Positions 56,767-64,000 of a stretch of DNA of 64,000 nt are shown one piece after another. Origin of the DNA: Deltaproteobacteria bacterium (GTDB taxonomy: Bacteria; Myxococcota_A; UBA9042; PHBI01); assembly GCA_016792665.1 (NCBI GenBank), contig JAEUKJ010000340.1:28880-92879 (forward strand). Reading direction: 5' to 3'. The notes beneath the pieces were generated by a model, which worked only from the letters and a program-made list of their open reading frames with translations, did not search any database and was not told the origin of the DNA. The position numbers and the translations under genes were made by a program. Positions within the stretch are counted from its first letter, which is position 1; every line of letters starts with the position of its first letter.

Positions 56767-59700
56767 GTGTCGAAAGAGGAGCCCACGCGGCGACACCCGC
56801 AGACGCCCGGTCGTGTCGCCGCCCTGGCACTGGTGCTCACCCTCGGCACGCTCGCCCGCCCCGCCCGCGCGGCGCTCGACAGCCTCTGCGGCACGACGCT
56901 CACCGCCAATCTGACCCTCGACCACGACGTCGACTGCACGGGCTACACCGGCAACGCTCTGACCATCGGCGCCAGCAACGTCACCGTCGACGGCAACGGG
57001 TTCCGCCTCCTCGCCCCCGACTCCGCCCGCGCCATCTCGATCTCCGGTGGCCGCTCGAACGTCACCGTGCGCAACCTCTCGGTCGAGGGTTGGTGCACCG
57101 GGATCGGCATCTACCTCGACGGCGGCACGGGTCACGTCTTCGAGGACGTCTCCGCCACGGGCCGCTCGACCGGCATCGACGCCCGCAACACCACCAACCT
57201 CACGCTCCGCCGCGTGCGCGCCGACAGCGCCGCGACCAATGGCGTCCTCCTGACCAACGTCACGCGCCCCCTCGTGCTCGAGGGGCTGGTGCTCACCAAC
57301 AACAGCACCGGCCTCCGCCTGAACACCTTCGCCGGCCCGCAGACCATCGACGCCGCCGCCATCGCCGACCTCCGCGGCAGCGACACCGGCATCTGGCTCG
57401 AGGGCACCGTCTCGCAGCTCACCCTCGCCGGCCTCACCCTCGATGGCGCGTCCTACGGCGTCCTCGCCAACACCGCGACCCTCTCCAACGTCACCTTCCG
57501 TGACCTCGACGTCTCGACCACCTTCGGCTCGGGCACCGGCATCGCCGCGCGCGGCTCGAGCCTCGTCTTCGAGCGCATCACCGCCAACCGCCGCTCCACC
57601 GGCATCTCGGTCACCAACGCTTCCGACCTCGTCATCGACGACCTCACCGCCAACGGCGCCATCACCACCGGCCTCGCGCTCTCGACGCTCACCGGCTCGC
57701 TCACCCTGCGCAAGCTCACGCTAGAGGACGACGCCACCGCGCTCTCCATCACGGGCTACGCGCCCGCGAGCCAGTTCGCGATCACCGCGTGGGACCCGCA
57801 GACCGGCGCCGGCACCATCGCCTCCCTCGCCAAGAGCGACACCGGCATCAACCTCGCCACCGTCTCGAACACGCGCCTCGCAGGGCTCACGCTCGACAAC
57901 GCGACCTACGCCATCAACGCCACCTCGACCGCCAACGCCAACCTCCTGTTCGAAGACCTCGACCTCTCCAGCGGCCGCCAGGTCGGCACCGGCCTCGGGC
58001 TCGGCGGGCCAAACCACGTCGTGCGCCGCGTCATCGCGCACCGCCGCGGCTACGGCCTCATCGCCACCTCGACCAGCAACCTCCAGGTCAGCGACTTCAC
58101 CTCCACCGGGTCGAACGAAGGGCTCCGCCTCGCCACCCTCGCCCCGCCGTCGGTGGCCCCGACCTTCCTCCGCCTGAACCTCACCGACAACACGACCGGC
58201 CTCTACCTGCAGGCCGTCTCGACCCCGGCGGTCTTCGATCCCTCGAACCTGATCGACGTCCGCCGAAGCCTCACCGGCATCACCATCGCCGGCGCCTCGG
58301 CCGCCCTCACCTTCCGCGACCTCGCCTTCGACAACCTCACGACCGGCATCAGCGCCAACGGCACCGACCTCGTCTTCCAGCGCGTCGACTTCAGCGGCCC
58401 CGGTCGCGGCACCGGCCTCGCCCTGACCGGCACCCGCGCCACGCTCGACACCGTCACCGCCACCGGCCGCGGCACGGGCTTCAACCTCAGCGTCACCCAG
58501 CTCGTCGTGACCGGCCTCGTCGCCAACCAGTGCTCGACCGGCCTCTCCGTGAACAGCCTCTCCGCCGCGCACACGCCGCCGCTCATGTCGGCGCTCGACC
58601 TCAAGCGCAACAGCGTCGGCCTGTCGATCTCGTCGGTCGCGACCACCGCCGTGATGACCATCGACGGCACCCTCGGCTTCGACGTCAGCGAGTGCCAGAC
58701 CGGCATCGGCGTCTCGTACAGCTCGAATATCCGCTTCGTCGGCCTCACCCTGCCCGCCCTCTATCGCGGCGTCGACGCCACCAGCAACAACTCGGCCCTC
58801 ACCTTCATCGACGTCGACGCCTCGGGCCCGGGCTACAGCACGGCCGCCAACGCCACCGGCCTCGCCCTCGGGGGCGCCAACCACGTGCTCGCCAACATCA
58901 CCGCCAACCGCCGCGCCATCGGCGTCTCGATCGCCTCCGCCAAGGGCGCCTCGATCACCCACCTCGTCGCGCGCGGCGCCACCGACACGGCCCTCAGCCT
59001 GACGGGGGTCGGCCCCAGCGACGCCCCGCTCACCCTGTCGCAGCTCGACCTCCGCGACTCGGGCCTCGGCCTCGACCTGGGTTCGATCACCTACCCGCTG
59101 GTCATCGACCCGAGCCTCGGCCTCGACGTGCGCGACGCGAACGTCGGCATCCGCCTGACGAGCTGCACCGACCTCATCATCCGCAACCTCGCCTTCACCA
59201 CCAACCGCGCGACCGGGGTCTACGCCTACTACAACAACACGCGCCTCACCTTCGAGAACCTCGACGTCTCGGGCGAGGGCGTCGGCACCGGCCTCTACAT
59301 CGGCTACCTGAACAACAACTCGAGCCTGTACTACGGCGGCGTGGACCACGTGGTGCGCAACGTCGTGGCCGACCACCGCAACGTCGGCGTCCACGCCATC
59401 GCTGCCAGCAACCTCACCATCACCGGCCTCACCGCGACCCACGGCGTCACCGGTCTGCGCATCGTCGGCTACACCAACAACCCGGGCTATCTGCCCCCGA
59501 AGCTCACCAACCTCACGCTCAGCGACAACAACACCGGCCTCCTCCTGACCATCGTCAACGGCACCGAGCTCGCCCCGCTCGTCATCGACGGCTACGTGCC
59601 CGCGACCCAGACCGGCGCCATCACCTCGCTCGAGCGCAACGCCATCGGCATCGACGTCAGCTACTCGACGTGGATCCGCTTCCAGGGCTTCTCGATCGGC

Positions 59701-62700
59701 GCGGCGGGGTCGGCCCTCTGGTCCGCCGGTAGCACGGGCATCGTCGCCAACTACAACGCGAACCTCACCTTCCGGAACCTCACCCTGGGCACGACGAGCT
59801 ACGGGATCCACATCCAGTACGGCAACAGCACCTGCACCTTCGACCAGCTCGACCTCTCGGGCCAGGGCACGGGCGTCGGGCTCCAGCTCGGCTACCTCTT
59901 CAACAACGCCGTGACCTACTACGGTGGCGTGAACCACGTGCTGACGCAGATCACCGCGAACCGCCGCGACACCGGGATCCGCTCGGTCGGCTCCTCGAAC
60001 CTCGTCATCAACGGGCTCGTCGCCAAGAACAACGCGTCCCGCGGCCTGCACATCGACGGCTTCACCAACACGACCGGGTTCGTCCCCCCGACCCTGTCCG
60101 GCCTCGTCCTCGACGACAACGCGACCGGCCTGTTCCTGAACAACTTCGGCGGCACGCAGGCGGCCCCGTACGACCTCGGCCCGTCGACGATCGTGTCCAT
60201 CGCCAACTGCGGCACGAATCTCTTGCTCACCGCCATGACCAACCTCCGCGTGCACGACCTGACGCTCGGCGGCCGCAGCTATGGCATCGACGCCAGCGGC
60301 ACCGGCCTCACCTTCGCCGACCTCGACCTCTCGGGCATCGGCCAGGGGATCGGCCTGCGCGTGAGCGGCGCCGACCCGACCCTCGACCGCGTCACCGCCG
60401 ATCGCCGCGACCAGGGCGTCTTCTTCAACATCACCTCGAACCCGAAGGTGCGCGACGTCATCGCGCGCCAGAACAAGTCGGTCGGTCTCCAGTTCACGAC
60501 CACCACCCTGCCCATCACGCTCGAGCGTCTCACCGTGAGCGACAACCTCACGGGCCTCCGCTTCTCGACCGTCAACGGCACGGGCTCGCTCGGCATCGGC
60601 ACGGCCGCCATCACCTCTCATGCGCGATCGGTCACCGCCATCACCCTCAGCTCCGCCCCGGCCGTCACCGTCGACAGCACCGCGCTCGGCCTCACCCCCT
60701 CGGGCGGCAACTTCACGGCGCCGGCCCCGAGCTCCGCGCCGCTCTGCGGCACGACGATCACCGCGAGCCTCGTCCTGACCGCGGACCTCGACTGCAGCGG
60801 CATCACCACCACCGCGCTGACGATCGGCGCCGACAACGTGACCGTCGACGGCGGCCCGAGCCGCTACCGGATCATCGCCCCACGCGCCACGATCGTCATC
60901 AAGAGCACCAACCGCAACAACGTCACCCTGAAGCGCCTCGACCTCTCGGGCACCTGGGCCATGGGCGACGCCATCTCGATCGACGGCGGCACCGGGCACC
61001 GCCTGGAAGACCTGACCCTCGATCGGCGCGACCGCGGCGCCTACTTGAAGAACGTCGGCAACCTCACGGTGACCAACGTCAGCGCGCTCGGCAGCCTCAG
61101 CGCCGGCCTCCACCTCGACACCATCGCCCTCCCACTCACCCTGTCGAACCTCACGCTCCGGGACGGCGCGGCTTATGGCCTGCGCGTCATCGGCTTCAAC
61201 GGCAGTAGCGGCGGCAGCGGCGGCGCGGACTTCACGATCGATGGCCAGAGCTTGAGCGACGTCTCGGGCAACGCGACGTCCATCTACTTCGAGGGCAACG
61301 TCGCGAACGTCGCCGTGGTCGGCCCGATCGCCGGCCTCGACGGGACGACCCAGGCCATCAACGCCTCGACCGTGACCAACGCCTCCCTGACCTTCTCGGG
61401 CCTCGACCTCACCCCGCGCTGGACCACGGGCACCGGCCTCTTCCTGCGCGGTGCGGGTCACCAGCTCGTCGACCTCGTCGCCGACTATCGCGTCACGGCG
61501 CTCGACCTCCGCACCTGCTCGAGCCTCACCGTCGACAGCCCGCGGATCCGCTACGCCTCGACCGAGGCACTGCGGCTGGAGGCCTCGACCACGTTCACGC
61601 TGCGCGACCTCTCGCTCACGCGGAGTGCCATCGGCCTGTCCCTCGTCAACGTCGTCGGCGACGGTACGACGATCGGCCCCTGGAGCCCGCTGAGCGACAC
61701 CGGCGCCATCACGAGCCTCGAAGGCAGTCCCACCGCGATCCAGATCGCTGGCACCTCGAACCTCACCTTCGCCGACCTCACCCTCGACGCCCTGGGCTAT
61801 GGCATCCAGGCCGCGAGCGCCACCAACAGCGGCCTCACCTTCACGCGCCTCGATCTCTCGGGTCGCCAGCACGCCGGCATCGGCCTCTACCTGTCGGGGA
61901 CAAACCACGTCGTCACCGATGTCGTCGCCAACGATCGCGATCGCGGTCTCTACACGACCACGGTCACCAACCTCTCGGTCCGCGGCCTGCGCGTCGACCG
62001 CGCCGTCACGGACGCGGCCTACCTCAACGCGACGACCGCGCCGCTCCTCCTCGAGAACCTGACCCTCACGCGCTCGGCCAGCGCCTTGAACCTGAACAGC
62101 TTCAGCGCCAGCGCGGCCTCGCCGTTCATCATCGACGCGTACGACGGCACGCGCGGTACGCTCGCCAGCGTGGCCGGCAGCCAGTACGGCGTCACCCTGA
62201 CCGCCGTCCAGAACGCCATCGTCCAGGACCTCACCCTGCCCTGCCTCGCCAACGCCGTGCGCGCCGCCTCGGCCACCAACAGCGACCTCCTCTTCCGCCG
62301 CCTCGACGTCTCGGGCACCCGCGGCGCGGGCACGGGCCTCAGCCTCCAGGGCACACGCCTCGTCGTCGACGACGTGACGGCCGACCTCCGCAACACCGGG
62401 GTCTATGCGGTCTCCAGCACGGACCTCGAGCTCCGCCACCTGCGCGCGCGCGGGGCCTATGCGTTCGGCGTCCAGCTCGCCACCCTCACTGGCTCGCTGA
62501 CGCTCGTGGACCTGTCCGTGAACAACAGCGCCGTCGGCTTCTACGTCGCGGGCTACACGGCGCCCCCGGCCACACCGCTGGTCCTCGGCCCCTACCTCCC
62601 GGCCTCCGGCACGGGTGCCTTCGCGTCCACCACCAACTGCGACGAGGCGCCTATCAAGCTGGCCAGCGTGCAGAACGTGCGGCTCGAGAACCTGAGCCTC

Positions 62701-64000
62701 GACGGCACCCAGAACGGCCTCAGCGCCTATCACGCGGGCAACCGCAACATCGTCGTCCAGGACGTCGACACCACCCCGCGCCGGATCGGCGGCACGGGGA
62801 TCTACATCGCGGGCACCGACCCCACCCTCACCCGCGTGAGCTCGACGCTCCGCGGCTACGGAGCCACGGCCGGCTCGGTGAGCAACCTGCGCGTCACCAC
62901 CTTCGTCGCCAATCGCGGCAGCTATGGCCTCTGGCTCCAGTCGACCCCGAACACCCCGGCCAGCTACATCGCCCCCACCCTGTCGGGCCTCGACGTGCGC
63001 AGGAACATCGCCGGCCTCGTCTTCTACAGCTGGGCCCTCCCGACCACCGTCGACACCAGCGCCGGCCTCGACGCGCGCGAGTGCGAGACCGGTGTCTCGG
63101 TCACCAGCAACTCGGCCAACGTGACCCTGCGCGGCCTCACCCTCCGCGACAACCCGACCCAGGCCATCACGCTGAACTCGACCGTCACCGACGTGCGCGT
63201 CGAGGACGTCGACGCGACGGGCCTCGGCCTCGGCACCGGCCTCACCCTGTCGGGCGCCACCAACGTGGTCGTGCGCAACCTCACCGCGGACCGCCGCACC
63301 TATGGGATCTCGGCCAACGCCACGCCCAACCTCGACGTCGACGGCCTGACCGCCCGCTTCGGCGGCACCGGCCTCTACATGCTGAACCTCGGTGCCAGCG
63401 CCATCGCTCCGACGCTGCACGACCTGAACCTCACCGACAACGGCACCGGCCTCTACTTCTACTCGTTCGCCGCCCCCACAACGCTCGGCGCCGCCACCGA
63501 CCTCGACGTCCGCCGCAGCGCCACCGGCGTCTACTTGTACAACTGCATGGACATCACGCTCCAGGACCTGGTTCTCGACAACCCGTCCCGCGGCGTCCAG
63601 GTCGACTACTCGCTGTCGGCACGCGTGACCCTGCGCCGCATCGACGCCTCGGGCACGGGGCGTGGGCGCGGCGTGATGCTGGACGGCACCGGGCACCGCC
63701 TCGAAGACGTCATCGCCGACGACCGCGAGTACGGGGTCTATGCGATCAACGCGGTCGGCCTGGTCGTCAACGGTCTCTGGGTCGACGCCGCCGCCACCGC
63801 GGGCCTCTACCTGACCGGCGTCAGCGCCCCTTCGACCGCGCCCCAGCTCTCGAACCTCCGCCTCACGCGCAGCACCTATGGGATCCAGGGCGCGAACCTG
63901 CGCGTGCCGATGACCTGGAACGCGTCGGTGTTCAGCGATCTCAGCGGCAACGCCACGCCGCTCTACCTGGCCTCGAACGTGGCCGACCTCACGATCCGCG
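56767..64000 (+). CDS. giant secreted right-handed parallel beta-helix (PbH1-type) repeat protein, 3'-partial (>2400 aa)
   Basis: Not in the ORF track because no stop is reached before the window end. The reading frame containing SLCGTTLTANLTLDHDVDCTGYTGNALTIGASNVTVDGNG is open from the GTG at about 56767 (RBS GGAG 5 nt upstream). Signal peptide ...RVAALALVLTLGTLARPARAAL. A ~22-24-aa beta-helix rung periodicity is visible, for example NLTLRRVRADSAATNGVLLTNVTRPLVLEGLVLTNNSTGLRL. The complementary strand has a 6-kb stop-free antisense ORF, as expected for such biased coding. Confidence 0.7.
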   Translation, partial: MSKEEPTRRHPQTPGRVAALALVLTLGTLARPARAALDSLCGTTLTANLTLDHDVDCTGYTGNALTIGASNVTVDGNGFRLLAPDSARAISISGGRSNVTVRNLSVEGWCTGIGIYLDGGTGHVFEDVSATGRSTGIDARNTTNLTLRRVRADSAATNGVLLTNVTRPLVLEGLVLTNNSTGLRLNTFAGPQTIDAAAIADLRGSDTGIWLEGTVSQLTLAGLTLDGASYGVLANTATLSNVTFRDLDVSTTFGSGTGIAARGSSLVFERITANRRSTGISVTNASDLVIDDLTANGAITTGLALSTLTGSLTLRKLTLEDDATALSITGYAPASQFAITAWDPQTGAGTIASLAKSDTGINLATVSNTRLAGLTLDNATYAINATSTANANLLFEDLDLSSGRQVGTGLGLGGPNHVVRRVIAHRRGYGLIATSTSNLQVSDFTSTGSNEGLRLATLAPPSVAPTFLRLNLTDNTTGLYLQAVSTPAVFDPSNLIDVRRSLTGITIAGASAALTFRDLAFDNLTTGISANGTDLVFQRVDFSGPGRGTGLALTGTRATLDTVTATGRGTGFNLSVTQLVVTGLVANQCSTGLSVNSLSAAHTPPLMSALDLKRNSVGLSISSVATTAVMTIDGTLGFDVSECQTGIGVSYSSNIRFVGLTLPALYRGVDATSNNSALTFIDVDASGPGYSTAANATGLALGGANHVLANITANRRAIGVSIASAKGASITHLVARGATDTALSLTGVGPSDAPLTLSQLDLRDSGLGLDLGSITYPLVIDPSLGLDVRDANVGIRLTSCTDLIIRNLAFTTNRATGVYAYYNNTRLTFENLDVSGEGVGTGLYIGYLNNNSSLYYGGVDHVVRNVVADHRNVGVHAIAASNLTITGLTATHGVTGLRIVGYTNNPGYLPPKLTNLTLSDNNTGLLLTIVNGTELAPLVIDGYVPATQTGAITSLERNAIGIDVSYSTWIRFQGFSIGAAGSALWSAGSTGIVANYNANLTFRNLTLGTTSYGIHIQYGNSTCTFDQLDLSGQGTGVGLQLGYLFNNAVTYYGGVNHVLTQITANRRDTGIRSVGSSNLVINGLVAKNNASRGLHIDGFTNTTGFVPPTLSGLVLDDNATGLFLNNFGGTQAAPYDLGPSTIVSIANCGTNLLLTAMTNLRVHDLTLGGRSYGIDASGTGLTFADLDLSGIGQGIGLRVSGADPTLDRVTADRRDQGVFFNITSNPKVRDVIARQNKSVGLQFTTTTLPITLERLTVSDNLTGLRFSTVNGTGSLGIGTAAITSHARSVTAITLSSAPAVTVDSTALGLTPSGGNFTAPAPSSAPLCGTTITASLVLTADLDCSGITTTALTIGADNVTVDGGPSRYRIIAPRATIVIKSTNRNNVTLKRLDLSGTWAMGDAISIDGGTGHRLEDLTLDRRDRGAYLKNVGNLTVTNVSALGSLSAGLHLDTIALPLTLSNLTLRDGAAYGLRVIGFNGSSGGSGGADFTIDGQSLSDVSGNATSIYFEGNVANVAVVGPIAGLDGTTQAINASTVTNASLTFSGLDLTPRWTTGTGLFLRGAGHQLVDLVADYRVTALDLRTCSSLTVDSPRIRYASTEALRLEASTTFTLRDLSLTRSAIGLSLVNVVGDGTTIGPWSPLSDTGAITSLEGSPTAIQIAGTSNLTFADLTLDALGYGIQAASATNSGLTFTRLDLSGRQHAGIGLYLSGTNHVVTDVVANDRDRGLYTTTVTNLSVRGLRVDRAVTDAAYLNATTAPLLLENLTLTRSASALNLNSFSASAASPFIIDAYDGTRGTLASVAGSQYGVTLTAVQNAIVQDLTLPCLANAVRAASATNSDLLFRRLDVSGTRGAGTGLSLQGTRLVVDDVTADLRNTGVYAVSSTDLELRHLRARGAYAFGVQLATLTGSLTLVDLSVNNSAVGFYVAGYTAPPATPLVLGPYLPASGTGAFASTTNCDEAPIKLASVQNVRLENLSLDGTQNGLSAYHAGNRNIVVQDVDTTPRRIGGTGIYIAGTDPTLTRVSSTLRGYGATAGSVSNLRVTTFVANRGSYGLWLQSTPNTPASYIAPTLSGLDVRRNIAGLVFYSWALPTTVDTSAGLDARECETGVSVTSNSANVTLRGLTLRDNPTQAITLNSTVTDVRVEDVDATGLGLGTGLTLSGATNVVVRNLTADRRTYGISANATPNLDVDGLTARFGGTGLYMLNLGASAIAPTLHDLNLTDNGTGLYFYSFAAPTTLGAATDLDVRRSATGVYLYNCMDITLQDLVLDNPSRGVQVDYSLSARVTLRRIDASGTGRGRGVMLDGTGHRLEDVIADDREYGVYAINAVGLVVNGLWVDAAATAGLYLTGVSAPSTAPQLSNLRLTRSTYGIQGANLRVPMTWNASVFSDLSGNATPLYLASNVADLTIR

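Noticed and set aside
46455-56939. 3494-aa ORF on the minus strand, antisense to the giant lipoprotein gene
   Set aside because: The Arg/Gly/Ala-rich low-complexity translation has no signal peptide or domains. The sense strand encodes a coherent, repeat-structured protein with a signal peptide and sorting tail. Stop-free antisense frames are expected at 70% GC with GC3-biased codons.
56990-57005. Apparent run of four G at a line boundary that, read literally, would frameshift the beta-helix gene after ...VDGNG
   Set aside because: The ORF-track frames on both sides are only consistent with an uninterrupted reading frame, and my base-level reading shows other transient plus or minus 1 discrepancies against the track. 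It is most likely a reading error, so no pseudogene or programmed frameshift is claimed. Worth a 10-second check by machine translation.
57721-63696. 1991-aa minus-strand ORF antisense to the beta-helix gene, and the short Arg-rich plus-strand ORFs at 57090-59732
   Set aside because: Same reasoning. The listed plus-strand ORFs are off-frame relative to the beta-helix reading frame, which itself is absent from the track only because it has no stop inside the window.

Overview
This is a high-GC (~70%) chromosomal window that is almost certainly from a myxobacterium (Myxococcota). The evidence is two MYXO-CTERM-type C-terminal sorting tails, at least 10 predicted lipoproteins, MopE-like and Myxococcus-type Cys-rich repeats, and many 4-bp start/stop overlaps (ATGA or TGATG-type) between adjacent genes. 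About 45 protein-coding genes are supported. In order they are listed below.

- Genes 1-19: the 3' end of mutL and miaA; a Lys/Ala-rich histone-H1-like protein in the position where hfq sits in E. coli; an operon of an Amidase_3/FN3 cell-wall amidase plus two membrane proteins; GtrA plus a GT2 (ceramide-glucosyltransferase-like) glycosyltransferase plus two paralogous lipoproteins; a split acyl-CoA carboxylase alpha (biotin carboxylase plus BCCP); a DsbA-like lipoprotein; a 1175-aa lipoprotein built of about 9 beta-sandwich repeats, three of which carry a GH[FV]H motif, co-operonic with a secreted Cys-rich-repeat lipase/esterase; an HU-like protein; pgsA; and a helix-hairpin-helix (HhH) lipoprotein.
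- Genes 20-31: a hypothetical protein; a MoaD-MoaE fusion; a PAS histidine kinase, response regulator and hybrid kinase trio; a LamG-like protein with an in-frame tandem repeat (VNTR); trpEGDCF; and a 718-aa lipoprotein.
- Genes 32-45: a redox cluster (ferritin-like plus 2x CDGSH protein, OsmC, CysK, a membrane protein, a GPx lipoprotein, an HdrD/EtfD-like Fe-S oxidoreductase); trmB; an S9 peptidase; a 10.2-kb gene for a 3396-aa surface lipoprotein (PPC-like domains, TSP3-like repeats, LamG, about 22 MopE-like repeats, MYXO-CTERM); and an adjacent 3'-partial gene (>7.2 kb) for a right-handed beta-helix protein with a ~1.3-kaa internal duplication.

No rRNA, tRNA, CRISPR array, transposase or integrase was detected. 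The very long antisense ORFs are high-GC artefacts. CDS bounds follow the ORF track, with starts refined using signal peptides, RBSs and start-stop overlaps. Single-base claims are deliberately avoided because base-level reading by eye is unreliable at this length.
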